From IMG/VR virus record IMGVR_UViG_3300027835_000014, positions 1-34,764 of that record: a DNA stretch of 34,764 nt; one strand, 5' to 3'. The notes below the pieces were generated by a model. That model had not been told where the DNA came from. It was given only the letters and a program-made list of their open reading frames with translations, and searched no databases. The stretch comes from a virus. Taxonomy: Duplodnaviria; Caudoviricetes. A program made the position numbers and the translations under genes. Below, one piece after another: positions 6,303-15,739 of this stretch (the stretch's first letter is position 1; the number at the start of each line of letters is the position of its first letter).

Positions 6303-7385
6303 ATGGATAAAAAAGCATTTCTTAGTTGGTGTGTAAGCAAGCGTAATCTGAAAAAAAATAGTATGAAAAGTACTAGAATCAGATACGATTTGTTCTTCAA
6401 ATGGTTAGGTAGAAAAAAATTAACATTTGATATAGTAGCAGAGTATAAATTATACCTCGTAGAAAAAGGCTTAAGAAATGTTTCGATTAACACCCACCTT
6501 CGTGTTATACGCCTCATAGATATTTACGAAAGAGAATTTAATCAGGACTTAAACCTTTTTAAAAAAATTGATTACCTACCAAAAGAGAAACGCATACCGG
6601 TAATCCTAAGCGTTAAAGAAATCAATTCAATATTAAGCTCTGTAGTCCCTTATACCAAGAGATTTAAGCAAGAAGGGTGGGAAATTGACCTAAATAGAAA
6701 TCTTGCATTGTGGGTAATTGCTGGCACTGGTTGTAGGCTTAACGAGTGCCTTTCGCTTCGTAAATGTGACATTGTAATAGGACTTGAAAAAGGCAATATT
6801 TTAATACAAAACCGGCCAGATTTTACAGTTAAAAATGATCTCAGTCATAAAGTTCCTTTGCCAAATAATATCATTGTGAAACTTAAAAATTTCCTTGAAA
6901 AGAGAGAGCCAAAAGATTTGGCTTTTCAAACCGCAGCCGGCAACAAAATATCTGCTACTTCCATGGAGGATGACTGGCACAGAAGATTGGCTCTAGCAGG
7001 CATCACTACAGCCCCACATATCCATGATCTTCGCGCCAGCTATATCATGGAACATTTACGAAAGAAAACACCCCTACCAGAAATAAGCAAGCTCGTAGGT
7101 CACAAAGATGTTCAGACTACAATTGGCTATATGTCATTTAATGATGCTGACTTGTGGGATGCTGCCAAAAATCATCCATTCTTTGTTATGTCAGAAACAC
7201 CTTTAGAGAAAACAGAAAAGTTTATGAACTGGGTTGAAAAAATAAGGCATGAGCTTGAGTACAATGGCCAATTTTTATCTGCAGAGCGAAAGGAGACATT
7301 AAGAAGTTTGCTTGAGGCTATACACAAAATACTTGAAAACACACGCATTTGTTTTTTATCAGATAAGCAAGAGCATCAGCCTTGA
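6303..7385 (+). CDS. Tyrosine recombinase/integrase (prophage)
   Basis: TGCRLNE, HDLRAS, LVGH and TTIGY motifs; C-terminal extension. Confidence 0.92.
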   Translation: MDKKAFLSWCVSKRNLKKNSMKSTRIRYDLFFKWLGRKKLTFDIVAEYKLYLVEKGLRNVSINTHLRVIRLIDIYEREFNQDLNLFKKIDYLPKEKRIPVILSVKEINSILSSVVPYTKRFKQEGWEIDLNRNLALWVIAGTGCRLNECLSLRKCDIVIGLEKGNILIQNRPDFTVKNDLSHKVPLPNNIIVKLKNFLEKREPKDLAFQTAAGNKISATSMEDDWHRRLALAGITTAPHIHDLRASYIMEHLRKKTPLPEISKLVGHKDVQTTIGYMSFNDADLWDAAKNHPFFVMSETPLEKTEKFMNWVEKIRHELEYNGQFLSAERKETLRSLLEAIHKILENTRICFLSDKQEHQP

Positions 7386-7648
7386 GTCAATTTTTCAAGC
7401 ATTGTTGTAAATGTTTCTCTTATCGTTTCTGTCGAAAATTTTATACCATTGGCTGTTTGATTACCCATTTGGTTGAGTTCTGAGGCAACTTGTGCTATAT
7501 TTGGGTTTTTGACTGCCTTGCTATGCGCAGTAATACCTATTGCTAAAACATATTTTAGGTTTTTTCTGCCTTCTATGTAATCCAAAATGGCCTCAATTAG
7601 TTCTGTCCGTATACTTTCATCAGAGGGATTTTTGGAGTCTAAATTCAT
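7376..7648 (-). CDS. Hypothetical protein
   Basis: 90-aa ORF; TTGCAT-17-TACACT ends 6 nt before the ATG. Confidence 0.6.
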   Translation of the reverse strand: MNLDSKNPSDESIRTELIEAILDYIEGRKNLKYVLAIGITAHSKAVKNPNIAQVASELNQMGNQTANGIKFSTETIRETFTTMLEKLTQG

Positions 7649-7660
7649 TTACAAAGTGTA

Positions 7661-7714
7661 ATATATATGTATTAGAAATGCAATAGTTTTGAAGCTAAAT
7701 TGATACATATATAT
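7661..7714. repeat. 12-bp inverted repeat in a divergent promoter region
   Basis: ATATATATGTAT (7661-7672) / ATACATATATAT (7703-7714). Confidence 0.45.
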
Positions 7715-7752
7715 CTCTTAATATTTGTTTTGTCCATTGATAGGCTGGTGCT

Positions 7753-7980
7753 ATGTTCCTAAAAAGGAAAATAACAAAGCAAAACCTACGGTTGGCAAAA
7801 AACTTGAGAAAAGTAAGGAAGGCAAAGGATGTGACCCAAGAAATCCTTGCTGAAAAAGTGGGAGTATCCCCCGGATGGATCAGTAAAATTGAAAGGGGTA
7901 TATATCCGCCAAACATGAAATTACTTACTAAAATTGCTAGAGCATTGGACGTTAAAGTAAGGGACTTGATTCCGTTCTAA
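7753..7980 (+). CDS. XRE-family HTH regulator
   Basis: LRKVRKAKDVTQEILAEKVGVSPGWISKIERG HTH_3 pattern. Confidence 0.9.
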   Translation: MFLKRKITKQNLRLAKNLRKVRKAKDVTQEILAEKVGVSPGWISKIERGIYPPNMKLLTKIARALDVKVRDLIPF

Positions 7981-8031
7981 AAAAGTGTTCTACTGAATTA
8001 GGTAAGAATATTTTATGTTTCGTAGAAGCAT

Positions 8032-8253
8032 ATGAAACCTGAGCCTGTCATAATCATAGGACTGCTCATTGTCATTGCTATTCAGTTAGTGATTATTTTT
8101 CTTATCCTAAAAATCTCCAAAAAGCGGTATAAAACCATGGAGGGAAGATGCGCAACCTACCTCGATGAACTTGACAGGGAAAACCAAAGACTAAAAACAG
8201 GGAAAATAGCACTGAAAGCTAGGAAAAATTACAGTAAATTGATCGTAGATTAA
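8032..8253 (+). CDS. Small single-TM protein with basic coiled-coil tail
   Basis: Hydrophobic residues 6-26, then a charged helix. Confidence 0.55.
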   Translation: MKPEPVIIIGLLIVIAIQLVIIFLILKISKKRYKTMEGRCATYLDELDRENQRLKTGKIALKARKNYSKLIVD

Positions 8254-9677
8254 GGCTTTCTTTGCACCTTATATATAATAGTATCTCCTTTTTGAAAATA
8301 CTTCTTGATAAATTTGCTTTTCTCTAAATTTTGTAGTCCTTTTATAAAATCTTCTCTGCTAGCCAAAAACCCCCTGCTATCCCAATCTGTAGAAGTGCTG
8401 ACCATTAAATACTCTGGGTTGCCTGCCCACCTAAACCAGTTACAAGTTTTTTGTTTGCATGGTGAGTTAGCTGAAAAATCTTTTGTGGACGGGTAGAGGG
8501 TAAAAATTAAATCTCTATGACTTATATGTGGCGTTATATTGTTTTGAGCAACTATTGAAGCATTGGCAGGTAGATACTGCGCTGCAGCATTGATGCTTTT
8601 TACACTTGCCGGCTCTGTCCAAAACCAACGCTTTGTAAGGTAACTTAAAGGAAGATGAAAGTAATATTGAAAGAAAATTGCTACCAAAAGAAAATAGATT
8701 GCAATGTATTTGTTATTGAGTTTTCTAAATTTACTCAATGCAATTATTGTTGGCAAAATCAAAAGAGGTGCTAGTGAAACTCTATAATGCAAGAAAAATC
8801 CTTGCGCTGCACCAAGAGTATGGGCAAAAATAAAATAGTGGGTAATATCTGCTAACGCAGGCAATAAAAACATTGGCGCAAGTAAAGGCACAAAACCAAA
8901 CCAAGCTAGGCTGTAAAAGATGGTGTTTCTTTTATCAGATGTGTCATAAAAATAAGAAGTGTTGAGGTTGGAAAACAAGCCCCCCTTTTCTTGGTATCTG
9001 TAACCATCCTGGGTGAAATGGGGAAAGTAAATATAAAAAACAGAAAATAAATAAACACCAGAGACTAGTAATAGTGACAAAGAAAATTTATCTTTTCTTT
9101 TTAGTAAATAAACAAAACTTACCGCGCCTGTTAAAAGTGCAATATCTTCTTTGCAAATTATTGCAAGCACAAAAGCTACAATTGCCCAGAGTGTATTTTT
9201 GACATCTAAAAAATAAATAAACCAAGCAAGAAATGCTGCGCCAAAAGCAAGGCTATGAACATCAAACCAAAGTGCGTTTTGTATACCGTAAAACATTAAA
9301 TAACTAATAAGAAGTGAGAAGCACAATATCGGTTTAAGCCTTCTTTTCTTGGCAAGCAAATATATTGGTACGCCTGAAAAACTAATTAAAAATACCTGCA
9401 AAAGCAATAAGGTAACAGGACTACTGAAAAACCAATAGAAAGGAGAAAGTAGGACATAAATAAACTCAACATGATCTGTGAGAATTGAAGTAAAAGGGTA
9501 TGACTGCACTGTTGTTATTGGTGCTTGAAAATGACTATATTGCCAAACTATCTGGTCGCTAATTCCTAAATCAAAACCATAAGACCCATAATGGAGATGC
9601 CTAATAATGGAAAGAGTAGAATATGCAACGAAAAACAAAAGGCAGATAAAAAGTGCTATTTTATTTTGCTTTAACAC
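8250..9677 (-). CDS. Polytopic GT-C-fold membrane glycosyltransferase-like protein (DUF2079-like)
   Basis: FDLGISDQ, DH.E, FDVH and CKED motifs with many TM segments; own TGATATAAT extended -10 six nt before the GTG. Confidence 0.75.
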   Translation of the reverse strand: MLKQNKIALFICLLFFVAYSTLSIIRHLHYGSYGFDLGISDQIVWQYSHFQAPITTVQSYPFTSILTDHVEFIYVLLSPFYWFFSSPVTLLLLQVFLISFSGVPIYLLAKKRRLKPILCFSLLISYLMFYGIQNALWFDVHSLAFGAAFLAWFIYFLDVKNTLWAIVAFVLAIICKEDIALLTGAVSFVYLLKRKDKFSLSLLLVSGVYLFSVFYIYFPHFTQDGYRYQEKGGLFSNLNTSYFYDTSDKRNTIFYSLAWFGFVPLLAPMFLLPALADITHYFIFAHTLGAAQGFFLHYRVSLAPLLILPTIIALSKFRKLNNKYIAIYFLLVAIFFQYYFHLPLSYLTKRWFWTEPASVKSINAAAQYLPANASIVAQNNITPHISHRDLIFTLYPSTKDFSANSPCKQKTCNWFRWAGNPEYLMVSTSTDWDSRGFLASREDFIKGLQNLEKSKFIKKYFQKGDTIIYKVQRKP

Positions 9678-9697
9678 TCAAAAATTATATCACAGCA

Positions 9698-9913
9698 TTA
9701 CTTTACAGTCTTTGATTTTAGCCAAGTCCTGTTGTAGATATAGATAACTGCCGGCGCGAGAATGATAATGATGTCAGAAATAGCTTTAACAAGCTGCGTT
9801 GATTGATCTTGACCGATTACGCCAGCAATGGTAAAAATACCAATTACTTGAGTGGCTAGTGTTATCCAAAATTCAGTTGTTCGATAACCTGATTTTATAT
9901 TCATATCATTCAC
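9698..9913 (-). CDS. Putative holin (2 TM)
   Basis: GYRTTEFWIT start, two TMs, basic C-terminus; immediately downstream of the endolysin. Confidence 0.65.
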   Translation of the reverse strand: MNDMNIKSGYRTTEFWITLATQVIGIFTIAGVIGQDQSTQLVKAISDIIIILAPAVIYIYNRTWLKSKTVK

Positions 9914-9916
9914 CCC

Positions 9917-10963
9917 CTAACTTTTCAGTACTGCCCTATTTGCAAGCCTTTTTAAAAGCTCACCGGCAAGTACTGAGGTTTTTGCAGTGGTGTATGATGT
10001 GTTTTTGAGCTGGGCATTTGAATTAGTCAGCGTTTGATTTGTTTTTCTCAAGCCTTCTTTGTCTAATTCTGCTTGTTCAAGCAATTTTTTGGTTTGCACC
10101 AACTCATCAGATTGAGGACTGAGTACGTCAATTTGATCTTGCAGGGCTTTGAGCTGCGCAGGAAACGCATCAATTTTTGCCTGTTGAGTTTTTATAGTAG
10201 TATTGTCATTTTCAATTGTGCCGTTGAGGCCTTTTATTGTATCCTCTTTTACTTTGAGATCTGCATCATATTTGTCTTTGCCTATAAGTTCACCATGCTG
10301 TACTTTGTTGAAAGTATCCACACACACTTTCATACTATCTTTATTATTGAGGTCAAGCCCACCATACATATCTGCACCGGCAGCAGGTGATGTGCTAGCC
10401 GTTGCCGGCACATTTCCTTTATAAACTACAAACTTGAGGATTGTTTGAGCTGGGTTGTTACCGTAGTTTTTGGTGAAATCATCCACAGAGCCGGGTACTT
10501 GCCATGGGTCAGCAATAACAACCTTTTTGCCATCACATTCAACTGCAACAACAAAGTGTGTCTGTATGCCATCACCGGGGTTGTGGTTAAAATCAACTTC
10601 AAGAATAACTGATAAGGTAGGGTCAGCAAGTAAAGTTTTTAATAAATTGAGGTCTGCTGGGGCGTTAGTAAAGTCATATGCTTTTTGAAAAACAATATCA
10701 CCGTAAATCACCTGTAGCATGTTGTCCGCAGCAAATTTTGCTGGGTCATTATGATTGCCTTGTGCGTTGTAATACACATGACCATTGGTGAAAAAATCAT
10801 CTAGCTTTGAAGGGTTAATGTCTTTGCCATAGTATGCTGCTACCATTGCAAAAGAAGTAACATAGCAACCATATTGACCAAGTGTTGAACCATTTACTGT
10901 GCCAAGTCTCTGCGCTGCCCATTGTGGGTCTCTTTGGCTGAATATCTTAGGTAAGTTTCTCAT
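9917..10963 (-). CDS. Putative endolysin: C39-like cysteine peptidase domain plus coiled coil
   Basis: SQRDPQW...GCYVTSFAMV...THFVV...IADP (Cys-His-Asp); flanked by holin-like genes. Confidence 0.7.
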   Translation of the reverse strand: MRNLPKIFSQRDPQWAAQRLGTVNGSTLGQYGCYVTSFAMVAAYYGKDINPSKLDDFFTNGHVYYNAQGNHNDPAKFAADNMLQVIYGDIVFQKAYDFTNAPADLNLLKTLLADPTLSVILEVDFNHNPGDGIQTHFVVAVECDGKKVVIADPWQVPGSVDDFTKNYGNNPAQTILKFVVYKGNVPATASTSPAAGADMYGGLDLNNKDSMKVCVDTFNKVQHGELIGKDKYDADLKVKEDTIKGLNGTIENDNTTIKTQQAKIDAFPAQLKALQDQIDVLSPQSDELVQTKKLLEQAELDKEGLRKTNQTLTNSNAQLKNTSYTTAKTSVLAGELLKRLANRAVLKS

Positions 10964-11002
10964 ATAGTTGAGGTGTCAAAAACCTTTTAGCTTACTCAGT
11001 CA

Positions 11003-11035
11003 ATTATAGTTTGGTTGAGGGTGTGATCTTATACA
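11003..11035 (-). promoter_or_regulatory. Late-type promoter motif (endolysin)
   Basis: TGTATAAG-N19-TATAAT. Confidence 0.65.
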
Positions 11036-11394
11036 TTTTTCAAAACAGGGGCGATAATTGATTTACTAAGTTCGTTGGCCATTTGTGGATTTGCTGCAAA
11101 GTGTTCTTTTAATGCTGTTTTTATCAAAATTTCTAAATCTGTTTTTTGTGTATTGAGTGTATGTACTTGACCTTCAAGGTAGGTAATTCTTTGCCCTTGC
11201 TTCTCTGTCAAAGTTTCTAAATCTTTTATTTTTACATCTCTAGCTCGAAGCAGATCATTCAATGTGTCGTTTAGGTCTTTTGCCACATCACTTTTACCTT
11301 TTTTCAACTGAGACCATAAATAAGGTATTCCAATGGCAATAACTCCTAAACCTAATATAACCTCTACAATTGTTCTGATGTATTCAAAATTCAT
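11029..11394 (-). CDS. Holin-like/lysis accessory protein (1 TM plus coiled coil)
   Basis: N-terminal TM, heptad-rich C-terminus, located upstream of the endolysin. Confidence 0.55.
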   Translation of the reverse strand: MNFEYIRTIVEVILGLGVIAIGIPYLWSQLKKGKSDVAKDLNDTLNDLLRARDVKIKDLETLTEKQGQRITYLEGQVHTLNTQKTDLEILIKTALKEHFAANPQMANELSKSIIAPVLKNV

Positions 11395-11397
11395 ATT

Positions 11398-12573
11398 TTA
11401 AATCATTGCTAAAACGCCACCGCCTGAACTTGCTAAAACTGGTGTGAGCGTTGAATTATAAGAGCCAGTAATGCTGGTTGGAGTTGCGCCAGAGTAGTCA
11501 ATTTGAGCTGTGCCATTTCCGCCATTTCCACCTGTGCCACCAAAGCTAGCTGTGCAAGTACCCCCTATGCCACCCCCAGTATTGAAAGTTATATTGCTTA
11601 TATTCTGACCTTGACACAATGCGCAACCACCTGCGCTAGCACCGCTTGCTGCAAGGCTAGAGTTAGAATTACCGTTTAGGCCTCTGCAATAGAAAACTAT
11701 ACCAGTAATCGTTGGTGCTAAAAGATGGGCGTTTCCTGATCCATTCACTCCGCTTGAAGCTGGCGTGCCATTTGACCAGTTACCACCAGCCCCAGAGCTA
11801 GCACCACCCATGGTCATATTTTGGCAGTCAATAGTTGAGACAGTGTTGCCTGTCACGCCACCAATGCCTGTATTTCGCGTACTGCCACTAGTCCCAGAGG
11901 TGTAATTTGAGCCACCCCCAGAGTTGCCCCCCTCAACGTGACCACCATCTGTTGCGCCTTGCGCTCCCCCTGCACCATTCCCATTTGCGCTATTTGTGTT
12001 ACTACCAACGCCTGCGTAGCCTTCACCTTGCTGCCCAGTCCCATTGTTGTTTGCGCCACTCCCAGCCCTGAACCCTAAGCCATCCATAACAATCTGGCCA
12101 TTGTTTGACTGTCCAGTAATTGAGACATTTGCAGCCATAAAGAACTCACCACCATAGCTACCATTCCATGCTGGTACTGTAAGTTGTATGCCATTATTGA
12201 TGACTACATTGCGCCAATTTGCTGAGGTTATAATTTGTGCGCCAGTATTCCAAGTCTTTGAAAAAGGATATAGAAAAGTAGCTACACCACCAGATACAGA
12301 AATAAGTTTATTGTATTCCCAGTTTGGGGTAGCATTTGCACCAGTGCCTTGAGATTGCACAATTTTGCAGACTAAATTGTATGTACCATCTGCTAGGTCT
12401 GGGGTACTCCCAGTTGTCGCGCCTGACGTGCCAGTACAACGTGAATTATAAAATTTGTCGCTTGAGTCGAGGGTATGATTGCTTGAGTAGGTTTTGTCAC
12501 CGTCAGCACCAGTACCATATTTAATGCCAAAAGGTGTTGATGATGAATCTGAGTTTTTTAGTTGTCTTGCCAT
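11398..12573 (-). CDS. Glycine-rich tail fibre / receptor-binding protein
   Basis: Gly-rich GGG/GAG segments; last gene of the tail module. Confidence 0.6.
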   Translation of the reverse strand: MARQLKNSDSSSTPFGIKYGTGADGDKTYSSNHTLDSSDKFYNSRCTGTSGATTGSTPDLADGTYNLVCKIVQSQGTGANATPNWEYNKLISVSGGVATFLYPFSKTWNTGAQIITSANWRNVVINNGIQLTVPAWNGSYGGEFFMAANVSITGQSNNGQIVMDGLGFRAGSGANNNGTGQQGEGYAGVGSNTNSANGNGAGGAQGATDGGHVEGGNSGGGSNYTSGTSGSTRNTGIGGVTGNTVSTIDCQNMTMGGASSGAGGNWSNGTPASSGVNGSGNAHLLAPTITGIVFYCRGLNGNSNSSLAASGASAGGCALCQGQNISNITFNTGGGIGGTCTASFGGTGGNGGNGTAQIDYSGATPTSITGSYNSTLTPVLASSGGGVLAMI

Positions 12574-12585
12574 AGTTCATATTTG

Positions 12586-13449
12586 CTAAACATTCTGATT
12601 TATTGTTGTCCCTTCACTTGTATTGGTTGAGTCGTTGGTGACAGTCAAAAAAGTAATGGCAAAGTCATCTGTTTTACTCGCACCGGTTGTAAGAGTTGGT
12701 ACAACGCCATTTGGCCAAGAGATACCAGCAAACCAAGTGATTGTGCGCCCACCTACACCATCCTGTGTAATTCTTATTTGAATTGTTTTACCGGTTAGAG
12801 GCACATTCAAAAGTGCAAGGGTTACATTACCAGCAGGCATGTTGATTTGAAACTTTTTACCTTGCGCTAAGTCAAGAGTGGCAGTACCACCAGCAGTAGG
12901 ATTATAAACCTGCCATTTTTCCTGGTTGAAAATATCATTTCTAAATGCAACTTGCTGTCTCACGTCTGTAATTGAGGTTGGTGTAGTTGCCCCAGAATTT
13001 ACCAACACATTGCTAAGTATTGTATAAGGATTGCCAGCACCAACTGCAGATTGAATTGTTGACCCTGATGGTGGCACAGGTGATGCTGCTGCAGTACCTA
13101 AAACTTCGAGTACAAAGGTTGTATTGGTGTCGTCTGAGTTGGCAGAAATAGTGAGGTCTTTATATAAAACAATTGATGCAATCCTTGGGTTTCCAGTACT
13201 ATTTGATGTCAAAGCCTTATTAGTAATGGCAGCGTCATTGATAACTGGGTAACCATTGCCCCCGGATGCTGCAAGTAAATAAGCGCGTCCAGTTGCAATA
13301 TTGACTGATAGCCCAGAACCGGCAGTGACTAAAAATTGACCTGCCAAGACATCAAAAACCCCGGATGCTTTTAAAAGGTCAGTAATGAATTGCAGCACAC
13401 CGGCCTCTGTGATTGCTGTTGCTGCTGTTTTTATACTTCGTAGAGCCAT
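12586..13449 (-). CDS. Minor tail / baseplate-fibre protein
   Basis: GSGLSVNIATGRAY..NPRI...ITDVR N-terminal module and QDGVGGRTITW...PTLTT...D C-terminal module typical of siphophage fibres. Confidence 0.7.
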   Translation of the reverse strand: MALRSIKTAATAITEAGVLQFITDLLKASGVFDVLAGQFLVTAGSGLSVNIATGRAYLLAASGGNGYPVINDAAITNKALTSNSTGNPRIASIVLYKDLTISANSDDTNTTFVLEVLGTAAASPVPPSGSTIQSAVGAGNPYTILSNVLVNSGATTPTSITDVRQQVAFRNDIFNQEKWQVYNPTAGGTATLDLAQGKKFQINMPAGNVTLALLNVPLTGKTIQIRITQDGVGGRTITWFAGISWPNGVVPTLTTGASKTDDFAITFLTVTNDSTNTSEGTTINQNV

Positions 13450-13455
13450 GATTTA

Positions 13456-13487
13456 ATTATATTGAGAAAAAAAGGCTAACTTATACA
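13456..13487 (-). promoter_or_regulatory. Late-type promoter motif
   Basis: TGTATAAG-N18-TATAAT-N6-ATG. Confidence 0.7.
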
Positions 13488-13495
13488 AAAATGTT

Positions 13496-13729
13496 TTAGG
13501 TGAGGGCTACTACTTTGATTGTGCCTGCTTTATTCCATTTTAGTTGGTTGCTCGTTGAGTTTATCCAAACCTCATTATTTTTGGGAGTTCCGGGGTCTGA
13601 TGAAACCACTTTTATAACCAAAGCTCCGGTATCATCTGGCGGTATTGTTATAACTTTGACAACAAGGCCTTTTTCCATCAGCTCAAGCCTTCTGCTTAAA
13701 TCAATGATAATTTTTCTTAGTTCATCCAT
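13496..13729 (-). CDS. Small tail-tip protein
   Basis: Coiled-coil start and P..NEVWINST..QLKW motif; in-operon position. Confidence 0.55.
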   Translation of the reverse strand: MDELRKIIIDLSRRLELMEKGLVVKVITIPPDDTGALVIKVVSSDPGTPKNNEVWINSTSNQLKWNKAGTIKVVALT

Positions 13730-13732
13730 ACT

Positions 13733-14788
13733 TTATATTGTTAATAAATCAAGCGTTGCAATCATTGTGCCAGTCTGTTCAATATCTACTGTACGCTTTT
13801 TGACCCTGTATTGTGCGTAGCTTATATTTTCCTCTGGTACATCTACAATAATTGTGTCACCTAACCCATAACTAGTGAGGTCAATATCGTCACCATGTTT
13901 TTTGGTTATCTGAGCAAGTGGCAATTTTTCAAGATCAAGTTTTTTGTCACCCTCTGTGGCAAGCACAGTAGTGTCACTGGTGGTGGGATCAGTCAATACA
14001 TCCTCAAGTAGTGTGTATTGATTTATTGTTGGGTCAGATGCAATCCTGACTGACTCTGCAACGTCATTGTTGATGCCTTGGCCTCTGGCCATAACCCGGT
14101 TGGTTATGCTCAAAAGCAATGGTATTTTGACACCATCTGCAAGAGTAGTCAGTGCATCCAGCACAACATTGGCGCGCAGTGAGCCTTTGGTAGGGTAATA
14201 CAAATTGAGCTTGAGAGTTACATCAATATCAAAATCAAAGCTACCTTTAACTCTGTAATTTGAGAGGTCAGATATAGACTGCTTGATGTCTGCCCGGATA
14301 TATTCAGGGCTGACTGTCAAACCAGTTGTAACAGTTGTCCCTTGTGTTATACCAAGATCTGCTGATGCAATACCGGATGTTTGATTTATATTTATTAAAT
14401 CCCATGGAATTGTAGCCGGGTCAACCGCGCTATATGTTTTGAGTGCTGCAGTGCGTCTTTTTTGTAATAAGGCAAAATAGTCACATGCAGCAATTTGCAG
14501 GCTGTAGTTTCCTGCAGCGTCTTTTGTACGCTGATAATCTGAGCAAACACCAAGCCAAAGTTTATTGCCAGCAGAGTCCTCAACCCAAATCTGTGAAAAC
14601 ACTGCAGTAAAAAGATCAAATACATTTGTACCATACGGTGCGCACACCTGCTCTTTTATTGTGGAGTAGTCAAAATTAAAAGTCGCATTTGCACCATTGT
14701 TAAGTTCCTCCACCCAGTTGATAGAGTTGTAGGGTAATTCAAATAGGTCACCGGTTGTGAGATGTTTAAGAAAAACTTTGTATGTCAT
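13733..14788 (-). CDS. Baseplate hub / Tal-like tail tip protein
   Basis: Follows Dit; ITNRVMARGQG and YGLGDTIIV motifs. Confidence 0.7.
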   Translation of the reverse strand: MTYKVFLKHLTTGDLFELPYNSINWVEELNNGANATFNFDYSTIKEQVCAPYGTNVFDLFTAVFSQIWVEDSAGNKLWLGVCSDYQRTKDAAGNYSLQIAACDYFALLQKRRTAALKTYSAVDPATIPWDLININQTSGIASADLGITQGTTVTTGLTVSPEYIRADIKQSISDLSNYRVKGSFDFDIDVTLKLNLYYPTKGSLRANVVLDALTTLADGVKIPLLLSITNRVMARGQGINNDVAESVRIASDPTINQYTLLEDVLTDPTTSDTTVLATEGDKKLDLEKLPLAQITKKHGDDIDLTSYGLGDTIIVDVPEENISYAQYRVKKRTVDIEQTGTMIATLDLLTI

Positions 14789-14790
14789 GG

Positions 14791-15630
14791 TTATATATTT
14801 AAAAATGTATCTCTAAATGCAATGACACACTTGCCACCTTGCCCACCAACTGAGGTAGTAAGCTGTACGGTTATTGCTCCGTTGATGGGTACAGTCCAAA
14901 AAACGCCACTTGCATATTGCCGGCCAACATTGCCAGATGGTTTGATAACCACTGTACCAAGGAAAGTATCAACCACAATTGAGTCACTACTTGATGCCAG
15001 CGCGTATGTGAGACTTAGAGCTTCACCGGTTGAGACATTAGTAATGACCGGGTTTGTAAGCACACCAACAAATGTAAAGATCGGATATGCTGCATAATTG
15101 CCATTATTTTGTATTGTTATTGTGTTTGAATGACCAATGGATAGATCAAGTGGCACTTTCATTGGCACAGACATACCACCACCATTAAAAAGCAGTACAT
15201 CTTGGCTCTTTTGGTTTGAGCTTTGCAAAAATGGATATTCTGCTTCAAGCGTAACCTCAATGAGTGAGCTAAGGCCATCATCAGTTGTGATGTCGCCAGT
15301 GACTTCAAGTGCTTTGATGTCTATTTGCCGACCTGTACCATCAGAACGCGTTGCTACCAGCGTTTGCATACCAGCAGAGTGAATAGTGCCAAGAACACCC
15401 AAGAACGCATCTCGTTGCAATGCCAAGTCTGAAAAACTATCACCAACAATAAGAAAATCAGCAACAAATTGATAAGAGGCAAATGTTGGCGTGACCAACT
15501 TGCTACCATTCTTTCCACCACGTTTTGACCGTGTATAAACAGTAGATGGGAAAGAGCCGTTTTTAAACGCCTGCAAGAGCCATTTATCTTTGGTGAGAGC
15601 AACGCCCCCTAGTGTTAATCCTGTTATCAT
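14791..15630 (-). CDS. Distal tail protein (Dit)
   Basis: Follows the TMP; LEAEYPF and NNGNYAAYPIF..GVLTNP motifs. Confidence 0.75.
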   Translation of the reverse strand: MITGLTLGGVALTKDKWLLQAFKNGSFPSTVYTRSKRGGKNGSKLVTPTFASYQFVADFLIVGDSFSDLALQRDAFLGVLGTIHSAGMQTLVATRSDGTGRQIDIKALEVTGDITTDDGLSSLIEVTLEAEYPFLQSSNQKSQDVLLFNGGGMSVPMKVPLDLSIGHSNTITIQNNGNYAAYPIFTFVGVLTNPVITNVSTGEALSLTYALASSSDSIVVDTFLGTVVIKPSGNVGRQYASGVFWTVPINGAITVQLTTSVGGQGGKCVIAFRDTFLNI

Positions 15631-15739
15631 AGCTTATAGTTAAATTTAGTTATTTTATTTTTTATCATTTTTTTATGATTTAGCCTCAAAGATTTTGTTG
15701 GCCACTTTTTCTGCAGAAAAAATTGGCACTATCCTATAA

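Noticed and set aside
6272-6517. 81-aa ORF antisense to the prophage integrase (possible excisionase)
   Set aside because: Overlaps the integrase almost fully, with no HTH pattern.
11398-13449. DGR or invertible tail-fibre system
   Set aside because: No reverse transcriptase, template/variable repeat pair or inverted fibre cassette is visible in this window.
14766-14797. Possible twelfth late-promoter motif (TATATAAC)
   Set aside because: No -10 box at 18-19 nt spacing.
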